Source of the DNA: a virus
Lineage: Duplodnaviria > Caudoviricetes
Direction: 5' to 3' (one strand)
Virus record (IMG/VR): IMGVR_UViG_3300020399_000132
Coordinates: 96,001 to 160,000 of that record
DNA: 64,000 bases
Below the pieces are notes generated by a model that was given only the letters and a program-made list of their open reading frames with translations, was not told the DNA's origin and searched no databases. The translations under genes were made by a program, and so were the position numbers. Each line of letters starts with the position of its first letter. The first letter of the stretch is position 1. Below are positions 26,035 through 37,098 of the stretch, piece by piece.

Positions 26035-27184
26035 ACTTATCCTGATCTTTATTAAATATTTCTAAAACCTCGGTGTCGCTTTTAGTTAAGCCTTCTTCGC
26101 GAAACATATCAACCATATCTATGTGTTGTAATTTGTCTAAAGCCTTATAATTATATTCCCTCTTCTCAGAAAGATTCTTACACTTATCTATTAATTCTGA
26201 CGTAGGTATTTTTAAGATTTCTTTTATTTGAGTTATAACTGAATTCAATCTTTCCTTGTAAGGTTTATCATCGAATGAATAGTCAAATAATTCATCATAT
26301 AATTTAAAACCCATATTCTTAAGAGCTTGATGGATATATCTTGGACCTAAAATAATGAATGGTTTCTTATATAACATAGGTTTATATGCTTTTTCTGTTA
26401 ATACAGTACCAGCTGAGATACAATAAGCTTCCGTCACGAGATCAATACAACTTTCAATATATTCTAAGGGTACGCTTTCTTCCCGTGATTGCTGTTTCAG
26501 TTCCCATTCCTCTAATAAATCTTCTCGAGTTCGTTCCTTTAAAGGTTTTTTATTTTTATCTGTCTCGTTTAACTCTGTTAATTCATTTAATAATTCTACT
26601 TCACCATCATCTTTAAAAAACGAATTAATTTGATCTTCATCTTCAAACGGATAGTATGAATATATAAACCTCTCCTCGCCCTGTAAAGCTCTCAGTAAAT
26701 CTATTCTGTGAGGTTTTCGAGTACAATTTAATGATACTACATTATATTTTAAATCTAAATCTAATTCATAAGAACGATTCCTATCTCGCGTATTTCTTAA
26801 AAACTGTGGTATACATACTTCGGGATAGATTATAGGCTTTAAATTACTATCTACTTCGAATCGTTCTATGTTAGAATGTATATTAAAATCACCTGTAATA
26901 TAATATACGTTTTTGCCTTTAAAATCTAAAGTTAAAAGATTATATAAAACATAGTCAGTATATTGATATCTATCATCTGATGTTTTTAATGGACTAAACC
27001 TATCTGTCTCTCCATCAAAAAATATCATATTATCATCTAATAACTCATCTAATAGTGCTTGATTTACTTGATGGTTATTACTTTGTCGTATTCCTAAAAT
27101 AAAAGATGTTCTGTCTCCAGGAACATAGAATCTCATAGATAGAATCCAGATATTTGAAGAGTATATTTGTCTTTCAATCCACAA
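26015..27184 (-). CDS. GT10-like putative glycosyltransferase, paralog 4
   Basis: IDLVTE..LTEKAYKP...KPFIILG..GFKLYDELFDYSFD; start probably MRFYV. Confidence 0.55.
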   Translation of the reverse strand: MWIERQIYSSNIWILSMRFYVPGDRTSFILGIRQSNNHQVNQALLDELLDDNMIFFDGETDRFSPLKTSDDRYQYTDYVLYNLLTLDFKGKNVYYITGDFNIHSNIERFEVDSNLKPIIYPEVCIPQFLRNTRDRNRSYELDLDLKYNVVSLNCTRKPHRIDLLRALQGEERFIYSYYPFEDEDQINSFFKDDGEVELLNELTELNETDKNKKPLKERTREDLLEEWELKQQSREESVPLEYIESCIDLVTEAYCISAGTVLTEKAYKPMLYKKPFIILGPRYIHQALKNMGFKLYDELFDYSFDDKPYKERLNSVITQIKEILKIPTSELIDKCKNLSEKREYNYKALDKLQHIDMVDMFREEGLTKSDTEVLEIFNKDQDKYVFNIR

Positions 27185-27669
27185 TTACCACTTAAATGTA
27201 AATGGCTTGGATCCCATAGATATCCTTCAGCCGCACTCCAATGGGTGCTTGATTGCCAATCATGATTTTCATCTTGATAATGCATCAGGTGTCCTGGTTC
27301 CCAATCTTGCAAATATATATTTGCTCTTACTTTGGGTCTAGTATCATTTGGATATTCATTTTTAAATTTAAAAAATGTATCTCTATGTAGAGTAACAGTA
27401 TTACCTGGTGGCTGAAGTATTGTGCTAACTGTAATTACCTCCATCTTTAATTGTTCACCCAATACTTTATAATCTACATCTCCATCATTAAACCATAATT
27501 GTTGTATTCTTGTATTATCTTCGGTATAGGTTTCAGGAAAACCTCCTGCTATTTCATGTAAATCTTTTTGTTCTGCAGTTTGATAGCTGATACAACTACC
27601 ACGATGTTGGTTATAATCTGCATCTAAAAATACACTCAAATCATAATCTAATTTAATATCTTCAATCAT
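27133..27669 (-). CDS. Cupin/2OG-Fe(II) oxygenase-like protein
   Basis: QPPGN...HRD, RANIYLQDW, HLSGNCG..KYTLQISG. Confidence 0.6.
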   Translation of the reverse strand: MIEDIKLDYDLSVFLDADYNQHRGSCISYQTAEQKDLHEIAGGFPETYTEDNTRIQQLWFNDGDVDYKVLGEQLKMEVITVSTILQPPGNTVTLHRDTFFKFKNEYPNDTRPKVRANIYLQDWEPGHLMHYQDENHDWQSSTHWSAAEGYLWDPSHLHLSGNCGLKDKYTLQISGFYL

Positions 27670-28931
27670 GTTATACCTTTCTCTTTATCTATTTGCTTTG
27701 TGATCTTAAACACATCGGTATATTCTCTACACTCTAATAATTGTTTTTTATTATAATATATTTTGTCCTGAATATCTAGTATTTTTTTATCAAATTCACT
27801 TTTATCCATATTTAAAATGTCTTTCATTTGAGTCATGATTGCTTCATGCCTGTATCTAAATGATTCTATTTCATCAAAACTGTAATCAAATAATTCATCA
27901 TATAATTTAAACCCTAATTGTTCAAATATCTTATACCATCCAGTGCACCCAACAACGAGAAATGGCTTACAATGAACCAATGCTTTACATGTCTTATCAC
28001 TCAAACCAAATGCTCTTATATGATATGTTTCAATAATTAAATCTATCTCCGACTCTAACCACTCCTGCACTGGTAAGAAATCATGATATGCATCTGTGTC
28101 GTCTTCAAAACCTTGTGTAAAAGGCGTTTTAAAATGGATTCGTTTAGTTTGATCAAACCTTTCATTACTCATATTAAATCCACATGATAGATCAACATAC
28201 TTTGTCTCATCACTTCTATTATTAAATTCTATAGCGTCTCCATTCTTTACCCACTTCCAAGAGCTCTTAGGATGCATTCTTTCTACGAATGATGTAAAGA
28301 ACTCATCAGTTTCGGAGCCGTCTCTTCCTATGCTATTAACTTCTGTGCAGTTGAATGAATATATGAATCCAGGTATACCTGCTAATTCTCTAAGTGTTAA
28401 TACTCTAGATATCTTCGGTTGATTAACCATGCTAATCACCCGATATTTTACAGGGATACCCATATCTTCTACAGGTTGATACAACTCATAAAATTTTCGT
28501 AATCTGGAGGCACAGATATCTCTAGCACTTGATGGTACTAGAGGATACATAGTAATTCTCATTTTAGGCTTAACTAATTCACACCAATCATTATAGATAT
28601 GTTCCGCATTTGCATCGCCATTAAGATACCATATTTTATTATCGGGATGAGAATAATTATGAATTATCTCTAATACATTATCATACTGATCACCTAATAA
28701 CGGATGGTATCCTCCTGATTCATTAGCATTCCATATCATTATATTTTTATCTGTCTTCTCCTTTAACCTTTCAAGAGAATAATTCCAATGATCAAATCCA
28801 GGCGGCTTTGGGACGTCCGGTGGTGTTAAAAATTCTTCTTTTGATTCGTATGCGCGGCCGTGACTAATGTATAGCCAATTCCCTGATTCGTTTTGCATTG
28901 TACTCCAATTTAGGTTGTAATCTCTTTTCAA
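27666..28931 (-). CDS. GT10-like putative glycosyltransferase, paralog 3
   Basis: IDLIIET..LSDKTCKA...KPFLVVG..GFKLYDELFDYSFD. Confidence 0.55.
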   Translation of the reverse strand: MKRDYNLNWSTMQNESGNWLYISHGRAYESKEEFLTPPDVPKPPGFDHWNYSLERLKEKTDKNIMIWNANESGGYHPLLGDQYDNVLEIIHNYSHPDNKIWYLNGDANAEHIYNDWCELVKPKMRITMYPLVPSSARDICASRLRKFYELYQPVEDMGIPVKYRVISMVNQPKISRVLTLRELAGIPGFIYSFNCTEVNSIGRDGSETDEFFTSFVERMHPKSSWKWVKNGDAIEFNNRSDETKYVDLSCGFNMSNERFDQTKRIHFKTPFTQGFEDDTDAYHDFLPVQEWLESEIDLIIETYHIRAFGLSDKTCKALVHCKPFLVVGCTGWYKIFEQLGFKLYDELFDYSFDEIESFRYRHEAIMTQMKDILNMDKSEFDKKILDIQDKIYYNKKQLLECREYTDVFKITKQIDKEKGIT

Positions 28932-29937
28932 TTTTTTTTATTTCTTCTTTATCCATATCTAATATCTTATCACATTGTCTCATTATATTTTTCCATCTAT
29001 CTTCAAATAAGGGGTTAGAATCAAAACTGTAATCAAATAATTCATCATATAATTTAAATCCCATTCTTTCAAACTCTCTATACCAATTAGGTCCTCCTAT
29101 AGTTAAGAATATCTTTTTCCAGTATAGCGGCTTGCATGATTTATCTGATAGGTAATTTGCTACACATACTTTATTTTCTTGAACTAAATCTATATACGAT
29201 TGCCACCATTCTTTAGGAGGAAATATGTCGTGTTGACATGAAGTGCCTATTGCTTCTCGAGGACATTCTTCAGTTAATAATACTCTCTCTCGTGCATTAA
29301 AATTTCTAAAACTCAAATCACATGGCGCCGGATAATCCGCAGGATATATCATATCTAATGTTTCAATACTATTGCCGTCGTGCCAGTCCCATTTCTTACC
29401 TAACCAGGCTTCCGTAGTATTTTTCCAATTCTCTCCAATCGCTTCTTCATCGTTTAATAAATGAGTGGGGGTGACTCTGTAAGAATACTTAAACCAAGAA
29501 TTACCTGTTAAACGTCCTAGAGTAAGTAATCGAAATATTCTGGGATTATTAACTAATGTAACAATCTTATAGAGCCGTTTATGGGTAGGTGCTTGATACT
29601 CACTCCACAAGGAATTCATCGTATTCACATACTTTGATATCATAAACCTCCAATTTGGGTTTACTTTTATCTTAAATTCCGGTTTAACTATTTGACACCA
29701 TCTATCATAATTTTGTTGTAATAAACTATCGTGATTGGAAAACGTCACATTATTGTCAGGATGTGCAAAATCATGAATAACCTGTAATAATTTGTCGTCT
29801 TCTCGCCCATGCAACGGATAATAGCCCTGTGCTTCCCACTCGTCTTTAATAACTATAGGTTCATCAATTGGATTAGATATAATTTCTAATTCTGGATACT
29901 CTGTTTTTCCTATAGTGGACTCTACTTTTATAATCAT
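28864..29937 (-). CDS. GT10-like putative glycosyltransferase, paralog 2
   Basis: IDLVQE..LSDKSCKP...FLTIGG..GFKLYDELFDYSFD. Confidence 0.55.
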   Translation of the reverse strand: MIIKVESTIGKTEYPELEIISNPIDEPIVIKDEWEAQGYYPLHGREDDKLLQVIHDFAHPDNNVTFSNHDSLLQQNYDRWCQIVKPEFKIKVNPNWRFMISKYVNTMNSLWSEYQAPTHKRLYKIVTLVNNPRIFRLLTLGRLTGNSWFKYSYRVTPTHLLNDEEAIGENWKNTTEAWLGKKWDWHDGNSIETLDMIYPADYPAPCDLSFRNFNARERVLLTEECPREAIGTSCQHDIFPPKEWWQSYIDLVQENKVCVANYLSDKSCKPLYWKKIFLTIGGPNWYREFERMGFKLYDELFDYSFDSNPLFEDRWKNIMRQCDKILDMDKEEIKKIEKRLQPKLEYNAKRIRELAIH

Positions 29938-30587
29938 AATCCTTTTTCATAATCAATGATATAGCTTTTTATGCTAGGCCTCACATATCGATGATTTATA
30001 AATGTTTTCTTTATTATCTCTTTATTAATTTTGTTTTCATCGTTGACAACAAATTGTATAATTGGAAACTCTGGAAAGGTATCAGCCATAAAAGATTCAG
30101 GAATCTTTATTTGTAAATCAGCAGAAGTAGTTTCAGGAACTCTGGGAGGATAAACGGAAATCACTTCTAAAATTATTCTATCTATTAAGAGATCTTTTAC
30201 ATTATTTAAAAACTCTTTAAATTCGTGATATTCATCAGACTCAAATAGATGATAAAAGTCTCCATTATTTACATGTATAGTTCTATATTCTCTGTATATA
30301 TTCCATTCTATAGATGTATTAGATCTATCAAAATCAACTGTTAGACATTTTTTTAATATATTAACATAATCATGATTCCTAAAACATCCTTCAAATAGCT
30401 TTACATCTACAAAACGAGTTTGTTCATAATCAATTTCATCAATATTTACTGAGGGTGTTATACTATCATCGTCATAATCTGAACATGAACGATATAATTC
30501 TCTGCCAAATACTAAATTATCTAGATGCAGCATATTTTGTCTATACAAAAAACCTCTCTGTTCTCCTACCCCACCACATACATTCAC
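29934..30587 (-). CDS. Hypothetical protein
   Basis: Coupled ORF in cluster. Confidence 0.5.
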   Translation of the reverse strand: MNVCGGVGEQRGFLYRQNMLHLDNLVFGRELYRSCSDYDDDSITPSVNIDEIDYEQTRFVDVKLFEGCFRNHDYVNILKKCLTVDFDRSNTSIEWNIYREYRTIHVNNGDFYHLFESDEYHEFKEFLNNVKDLLIDRIILEVISVYPPRVPETTSADLQIKIPESFMADTFPEFPIIQFVVNDENKINKEIIKKTFINHRYVRPSIKSYIIDYEKGL

Positions 30588-32349
30588 GAGCCCACTTTTC
30601 TAAATTACCATTATATACTTCGTAAGGGTCTTTCATCTTATTATACTGAGTATCAACTATTGAATGATTAAACCCATACTCATCTTTTAAATAATCTCCT
30701 ATTTCTCCATAGAAACGGTCTTTTTCTTTAGCAATATGTATAGCAGTTGCTTCTTCATATTCCCAATATATATTAGAGGCTCCCGGAACTTTACGCCCCC
30801 ATGGAATCTCTCTATCAAATACCTTCTTTAATAGTCTCATTGTTACTGTATATTCTCTATATAGTAATGACTTATCGTTTTCATTAAACCACTCGAATAA
30901 TCCATTATAAAACTCTCTCATTGATATATTATGATTATTCTTTAATTCTAATGCTAATATTCTAAGCCATCCTAAAAAATGTAGAGATATCATAAACCAC
31001 TTCCATCCAGAGGCATCTAAGTATTCATCAAACGTCATATTACTAGAACCGACTACTACAGAATTAGTGTCTTTTAATAATTGGTCTGGAGGATGTTCAT
31101 GGTGAAAAAATGCAGGTGATGTTTGTTTTATTAGTACATTATATTTTCTGCAATATTCAGGATCCCCAAATGGGGTTTGGGGAAGAGCCACCATTATATA
31201 TATGCCGATGTAATTGTGATAATCTATATCATCAATCAATCTAAAGAGACCTTCTTTAAAGCTATGTAGTGATTCCTCTGGTAGTCCAAGAATAGTTTCT
31301 ATGTAACATGGTACTCCTCTACTTTTTAAATAATCTATCACCTCTTTTAGATTAGTATTCTCATTAGATCTTTCAATCGCTTTTAATGTATCATCATTCA
31401 TCGATTGTAGAGCGATTGTAACACTTTTATTAAGGCCTACCTTCCATAAGTCTTCTGCTATATCAAATAGCCATGCCTTCTTATGCTTCGCCCATGTTAT
31501 ATTAAGTGTATCCGGATATCCAGTAGATTTTTTAGTATCAATCAGTAAATCAGATATAATCTTATGATCTTTGAACATGCCAAAATTATTATCAATAAGG
31601 TGTAAGTACTCTATCTTTTTATCAGCTATCCAATCAATCTCTTTTATTAACTTATCATTGTCTTGTCTATGCACTTTGGTCCAGTGCCTATCACCTGTCT
31701 CACAAAAAGTACACATATATGGACAGCCACGCGATAATTCTACTAAGCCCTCCCATTCATATGGATAATCTTTAATTTCCAGGAGATCATCAAATAACCC
31801 ATCTAAATATGGGCTTGGTAGTGTTTTGATGTCTTTTATTCTCTCTCTGTCTCCTCCATTTTGAAATAACGGTGTTGTAATACCCTTGACCATACTGAGG
31901 TCTTGCTCGTGTAATAGCGCTTTAAGGATGTGTTTAAACCCTGTCTCACCTTCATTATGTACTGCCACATCAATGAATGGTTTATCTTTTAAGAACTTTT
32001 TACATCTGTTGGGATGTGGTAAATTTAGCCCGCCGTATATAATTAAACAATTAGGGTTTATCTTTTTTATTTCAGCACATAACCTATCACTCGCGTGCTC
32101 ATTCCATACAAAATAAGAAGTAGCTATGATATCACATTCGGCCAACTTTCTAGCCGTAGCTGAATAATCAAAATCGCCATCAAGTACATACACCCAGTCA
32201 TTAACATCAAAAGAATAATTATCAGTAATCTCTTTATCAGTCCTGCAATAACTCCAAATACAACCTGTTGAGTATGGCAACTTAATCTGGTTGGAAAATA
32301 TATGTGTTAATTCAACAAACGCGATGCGCTTAGAAGTCGTATTGTTCAT
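30541..32349 (-). CDS. Cobalamin-binding radical SAM enzyme
   Basis: SYFVWN, IIYGG, HNEGE (B12-binding-like); ELSRGCPYMCTFC; ILGLPEE. Confidence 0.88.
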   Translation of the reverse strand: MNNTTSKRIAFVELTHIFSNQIKLPYSTGCIWSYCRTDKEITDNYSFDVNDWVYVLDGDFDYSATARKLAECDIIATSYFVWNEHASDRLCAEIKKINPNCLIIYGGLNLPHPNRCKKFLKDKPFIDVAVHNEGETGFKHILKALLHEQDLSMVKGITTPLFQNGGDRERIKDIKTLPSPYLDGLFDDLLEIKDYPYEWEGLVELSRGCPYMCTFCETGDRHWTKVHRQDNDKLIKEIDWIADKKIEYLHLIDNNFGMFKDHKIISDLLIDTKKSTGYPDTLNITWAKHKKAWLFDIAEDLWKVGLNKSVTIALQSMNDDTLKAIERSNENTNLKEVIDYLKSRGVPCYIETILGLPEESLHSFKEGLFRLIDDIDYHNYIGIYIMVALPQTPFGDPEYCRKYNVLIKQTSPAFFHHEHPPDQLLKDTNSVVVGSSNMTFDEYLDASGWKWFMISLHFLGWLRILALELKNNHNISMREFYNGLFEWFNENDKSLLYREYTVTMRLLKKVFDREIPWGRKVPGASNIYWEYEEATAIHIAKEKDRFYGEIGDYLKDEYGFNHSIVDTQYNKMKDPYEVYNGNLEKWARECMWWGRRTERFFV

Positions 32350-33385
32350 TTTTACCTTCTCTATGTAAGTCCAATGTCACACAATGAAATCCACCCCCTA
32401 ATGTTTTAGCATGTCTTAGGCGCATGGGGATTGAATCAATATTATATTTTTTTAATTCTTTTATTAGTGGCGTTTGACTTTCTTCTACAATAACTACTTT
32501 TTCATTAATACTTAAAATATTTAGTCCTATTGCGGGTGATGCAATAGCAATGCTAGCGTCAGATGAACCACTGCTGCTTCTAATACCCTGATCTACTATA
32601 TCTGTAAAGAATATCTTATCCCATTTCTTAAATATTTCAGGATAATTATCTTCACTACATCTATGTCCGTTTAATAATACGAGACCTGGTCTTAACGGTA
32701 TTACTGTGCTGTCAAAATGTGCTCCTGAATACTGATATGCTAGATGTACATTATATTCTGGAAACATTGATTGAAGCCATTTGCCTCCTTTTTCATTACC
32801 GCTATTACTCACCTGATATAATAAATCTTTGCCCATTCTTACAACATTTGCGGCGTCAAAAAGAATTTCTTTATTCATTAATGTTGGTTTCGATAAGTCT
32901 TCAAAATTAAACGATGCATCTAATAATTGAGGTCTAGGAGCTGAGAACCATTTACCGGAACATTGATTCAAAATACGTCTATAGGCGTGCATCTCAAAGT
33001 ACCGACTACGCATTACATTGGGAGTTTCAATTAAACAATCATTTAGTACTAAAAATATATCACGCGGGCAATAATTATACCATCCTTGTGCTATCCATTC
33101 CGAAGACATTACTCTTCTTTTGTGATTTGTTTTATCTGGTCTATGAACTTTTATATCCAAACTTGTCAGAACCTTACAAAACAACCCTAAATCTTCATTG
33201 GTCTCTTCTATAACTTGTTTATCATACGATCCAACTAGAGATTTAATTTTATTATCACTCAAATTCGCATACATGAAATTCTTCATGGATAAATCAAACG
33301 AAGGTATCCGAGCACCGGTAGCATCTCCAACGATTACCTCTTTAAGAGGGTCCCATCCGTTACAGGATTGTATAATAGTTTCCAA
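32330..33385 (-). CDS. Amidinotransferase (AGAT/StrB family)
   Basis: WDPLKEVIVG, CPRD, FDAAN, HFDST, GGGFHCVTLD. Confidence 0.92.
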   Translation of the reverse strand: METIIQSCNGWDPLKEVIVGDATGARIPSFDLSMKNFMYANLSDNKIKSLVGSYDKQVIEETNEDLGLFCKVLTSLDIKVHRPDKTNHKRRVMSSEWIAQGWYNYCPRDIFLVLNDCLIETPNVMRSRYFEMHAYRRILNQCSGKWFSAPRPQLLDASFNFEDLSKPTLMNKEILFDAANVVRMGKDLLYQVSNSGNEKGGKWLQSMFPEYNVHLAYQYSGAHFDSTVIPLRPGLVLLNGHRCSEDNYPEIFKKWDKIFFTDIVDQGIRSSSGSSDASIAIASPAIGLNILSINEKVVIVEESQTPLIKELKKYNIDSIPMRLRHAKTLGGGFHCVTLDLHREGKNEQYDF

Positions 33386-34100
33386 TTTTAAATAATTCTT
33401 TTTGTGTTTGCCATTTGCCTCTCTTTCTTACTTTTACATCAGAAAGACTTTCATTATTATATTCACTCCAACCACATGCTTTGAAGTCCATAGAAACTCT
33501 AGTATTTTTAGATTTATTATGCACGTAGCCACCATGCAACACTTGATCAAACACAACCATTTCTCCATGTTTAGGTGTTTGCATTACATCATCTACAAAT
33601 ATGCCGTTATCCTCATCCATATCTGTTAAAGGAATTATAAAATTAGTTTCAAACTCTGGGTGATGAAAAGGAAAATCCATTTCATAATGTATATTAGCTT
33701 CTCTATCGTTTATTAGAGTTGTATCTTCATAAAATTTCCAATCATATCCTGATGGGAATATTTTAATTGATGGTAATTGTTGTATTACCGTATTCTCACC
33801 AAACCAAGATTTCACTACATCTTTTTGAAACTCCCACCACATAAATCTAAACGCATAGGACTCATGCAATAATACTCTATAGAGTTTTTCAATCAATCCA
33901 TATTGTGTATCTTCTTCTGGTAAATGTACTCCGCCTGCAGTATTATAAGTCACTGGTTTAATGTCATGATTCAAATGTATATCTTCAAGTCGACCTAAGC
34001 AGTCTTCAAACCATTTTCTAAAGTTATATTTCTCTATGTCATATTTGATTATCTCAATCATATACAAACTCGTCTTTATTATATGTGCCTTTATACACAT
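33360..34100 (-). CDS. StrG-like/2OG-Fe(II) fold protein
   Basis: QQLPSIKI, HHPEFETNFIIPLT, HG..HN...TRVSMDFK; start probably MIEII at 34061. Confidence 0.6.
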   Translation of the reverse strand: MCIKAHIIKTSLYMIEIIKYDIEKYNFRKWFEDCLGRLEDIHLNHDIKPVTYNTAGGVHLPEEDTQYGLIEKLYRVLLHESYAFRFMWWEFQKDVVKSWFGENTVIQQLPSIKIFPSGYDWKFYEDTTLINDREANIHYEMDFPFHHPEFETNFIIPLTDMDEDNGIFVDDVMQTPKHGEMVVFDQVLHGGYVHNKSKNTRVSMDFKACGWSEYNNESLSDVKVRKRGKWQTQKELFKIGNYYTIL

Positions 34101-34842
34101 TCTTTAAAAATTTAGGAATTTCCTTACCGTCTACAAACCCAGCTATTTGTTTGTACATTACCTCATGATTGACATCTGTAAGGTGATTAACTCTAAAATG
34201 AAGATCATCGGATATTTTATGAATTAACCTTTCTTCTTCTACATATTCATTCCAAACAACTCTCTCTAATCCTTCATCATGGACGTAAAAATATTCATCA
34301 TTTAATGAATTTTTAATATAAGATTCTTCCATACTTAAATGGTATATGAATATTTTACATTTTTGTATTCTTGAAGCTGTATATAATAATGATTCATATT
34401 TCCAATTACCATAGACAGTTTCATCGCGGAATGTATCTACAGCAAAGCGTGCCTTGTCTTTATTTATTTTTATCCATTTATCATATTCAGATTCTAATTC
34501 GATACCATCTCCTGCTTTGTCCGATGATTCTGAATCCGTAATATTTCTTACTATCCTACCATTCCATTGGTGTATTTCGTCGCCGGCTTCTTCAATGTTA
34601 AAATATATTCTAGGAGCTCCTGACACAACAAATACAATTAAATCCTCATGAGTATAACTATGAAGACTCTCATAAAATTTTTTAAATGAATACATCGGCC
34701 CTGAACCGGATTTACCATAATTTACAGTTTCAGGCCACCTCTTTCTCAATAATCCATACCATGTAATTTCTTGCCACCTGGAGGGATCACTCCAACTAGG
34801 ATCTGCAAAGCTATCTCCATATATCGTTACTCTTTCAATCAT
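34054..34842 (-). CDS. SGNH/GDSL-like protein, paralog 3
   Basis: IYGDSFAD, NYGKSGSG, NHLTDVNH. Confidence 0.6.
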   Translation of the reverse strand: MIERVTIYGDSFADPSWSDPSRWQEITWYGLLRKRWPETVNYGKSGSGPMYSFKKFYESLHSYTHEDLIVFVVSGAPRIYFNIEEAGDEIHQWNGRIVRNITDSESSDKAGDGIELESEYDKWIKINKDKARFAVDTFRDETVYGNWKYESLLYTASRIQKCKIFIYHLSMEESYIKNSLNDEYFYVHDEGLERVVWNEYVEEERLIHKISDDLHFRVNHLTDVNHEVMYKQIAGFVDGKEIPKFLKNVYKGTYNKDEFVYD

Positions 34843-35608
34843 ATATAAATCTGTCTGTTGGTTGAACTGGTTCTTCTAACAGATTTTGTTTAAATTCTGG
34901 TACCGTGTGAATACCTTGAACAAAATTATTAATAATATTATACATTATTTTATGATTAGGTTCAGATAAATGGTTATTTCTTTTATTATCTTCATAAAAA
35001 GGTTCACCTGGATTTTTATATTCATTTCTAGATATATCTTGTAAAGCTATAGGATTTATATAAAATAATTTATCATTAAGGCTATCTTTTATATACGAAT
35101 CATCATAGTTTAAAAAGAATATACAAATTTTACATTTATGTATTCTGGATATTGTATAGAGAAATGATTCATTCTTTTTATTACTGTTTATCATCTCTCT
35201 TTCAAATGTCTTCATCGTATAAGACATATGATCTTTATGAGATTGATGAAAAGATGAATCTAGGACATCATTGCATTTCATTTTTTGATTTTTAAAATCC
35301 CAATAAGATTCATGAACTAACTGAATATCATTGCGTTCATAGGTTCTATACTCTTTGGGAAGATGATATTGAATTCTTTCTTCTCCAGATAAAATCCATA
35401 TGACTAAATCTTCTTTATCAAATTGTTTATATCGTCTATAAAACTCTTTCATACTATAATGAGGCCCAGTACCAGCCATAGCGAAGTTTTTATACTCGTA
35501 TTGCTTAGCTAACGTTTCATACCAAGTCTCATGATCCGGCATATTTTCATGGTCCCAATTTGGATCTGCGTAGCTGTCACCAAATATCCATACTCTTTTA
35601 ATCGTCAT
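34835..35608 (-). CDS. SGNH/GDSL-like protein, paralog 2
   Basis: IFGDSYAD, NFAMAGTG, NHLSEPNH. Confidence 0.6.
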   Translation of the reverse strand: MTIKRVWIFGDSYADPNWDHENMPDHETWYETLAKQYEYKNFAMAGTGPHYSMKEFYRRYKQFDKEDLVIWILSGEERIQYHLPKEYRTYERNDIQLVHESYWDFKNQKMKCNDVLDSSFHQSHKDHMSYTMKTFEREMINSNKKNESFLYTISRIHKCKICIFFLNYDDSYIKDSLNDKLFYINPIALQDISRNEYKNPGEPFYEDNKRNNHLSEPNHKIMYNIINNFVQGIHTVPEFKQNLLEEPVQPTDRFIYD

Positions 35609-36233
35609 ACCACTCCAAATTACTAATATCTTTATAATGATTATTATCAGCTATATCTTTATCGTCGAAACCAAAATTAATGCGATCATTAAAATTAAAT
35701 AATCCTAATTCTGCAGTTTCTGGGGGCATGTACATATTATACCCAGATGCCATAAGCTTGTCATCTACATACTTTACATCTTTATTTCTGCCCATATAAA
35801 TCATTGGTCTTGCCCAGTCAACAAAATCTTTATTATCTGTTAATATCATACCACCTCTAACAGTAGATATTGTTTTTCTATGATGGAAACTAAGACAATA
35901 ATAAGTATCCGAAAAATACATGTTTTCGGTAAATCTACATGCAGAATCAACAATATCCAGTGATTCTATCGGATAATATCCCTTCCATTTGAAATCTATA
36001 AATTTTAATTTATAGCCGGCATGCTGAAGTGATTGGGGTACACTTATATATGTTTGTTTAGGTAATTCTGCTATGTTATTATATGTTTCAAATGGCTTAA
36101 TTTTTTTATTCCATAATGCTGCTATAAAAATTGCATTAGTACAGCTGTCTGTAGCTACTGCATATTTGGAGCCGCCAAATTCTGCAATTGTTTCTTCAAA
36201 TTCTTTTACTTTGTTCCACATTAAATAACTCAC
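35598..36233 (-). CDS. DegT/DnrJ/EryC1/StrS PLP aminotransferase (short form)
   Basis: FEETIAEF.G.KYAVATDSCT.A, DSAC, SFHHRK...RGGMI. Confidence 0.85.
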   Translation of the reverse strand: MSYLMWNKVKEFEETIAEFGGSKYAVATDSCTNAIFIAALWNKKIKPFETYNNIAELPKQTYISVPQSLQHAGYKLKFIDFKWKGYYPIESLDIVDSACRFTENMYFSDTYYCLSFHHRKTISTVRGGMILTDNKDFVDWARPMIYMGRNKDVKYVDDKLMASGYNMYMPPETAELGLFNFNDRINFGFDDKDIADNNHYKDISNLEWYDD

Positions 36234-37098
36234 AATAATGATTATAATTAAATACTATTTTATCTTTAACTGTTTTAATCTTCTTCGTAAATATATCGGG
36301 CTCCATTTGCATATAAGGTTCTATTGAATCGTTTAATCTGTTTAGGCGTCTCCAATTTGGATCAAACACTCCGCCGTCAAAACTATAATCAAATAATTCA
36401 TCATATAACTCAAAACCAAGATCTTTTAACTTAGCATGGATTCCTTGACCACCCCAAACTAAGAAAGGTTTTTGAAATACTATAGGTTTCCATGTTTTTT
36501 CTGTAATAAAAAGAGAATCAATGGTTGATTCTAATACCAAATCACAATTAGATTGATAATATTCAAGGGGCACTAATTCTTGAAATCCTCGATGATCGGA
36601 TTCTATCTCCGTAAGCTTTATTATATCAAGATTAGAAAAACCATTTTTACCTTTATATTCTTCTAATGGAGTGTCCGGATGCCATTTATACTCTATTTCA
36701 TTAACTTTAGAATAAGGATTATTAGAATATATAAAATATTTATTAGTATATAATTTATCTAATAATTCATACTTGTGTTCTCTGGGGGCTGAGCATAAGC
36801 TAATAAAATTATATTTTATAGGACCGTGAAGTACTGGGCGATTATAATATATGTCTCTACTGCGTTGGCTAATTTCTGTTAGGAAGGAGTAAGGATCATA
36901 AACTATTTTAAGTTTATCATTCTTCAGATTACCATCAGCAGTGTAATACGTTACTTCATTAGGTAAGTCTTCTAAAAACTTGATAATATCTTCTCTGAAC
37001 ACCTCCCATACATCATAGACCTCTATGGGGCCTTCAACGTTTAACAAGGGTGTTAGATCTGGATTATTAACTGTTGGTGGGTTAATATAAAATTTCAT
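36196..37098 (-). CDS. GT10-like putative glycosyltransferase, paralog 1
   Basis: DLVLES..FITEKTWKP...KPFLVWG..GFELYDELFDYSFD. Confidence 0.55.
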   Translation of the reverse strand: MKFYINPPTVNNPDLTPLLNVEGPIEVYDVWEVFREDIIKFLEDLPNEVTYYTADGNLKNDKLKIVYDPYSFLTEISQRSRDIYYNRPVLHGPIKYNFISLCSAPREHKYELLDKLYTNKYFIYSNNPYSKVNEIEYKWHPDTPLEEYKGKNGFSNLDIIKLTEIESDHRGFQELVPLEYYQSNCDLVLESTIDSLFITEKTWKPIVFQKPFLVWGGQGIHAKLKDLGFELYDELFDYSFDGGVFDPNWRRLNRLNDSIEPYMQMEPDIFTKKIKTVKDKIVFNYNHYCELFNVEQSKRI

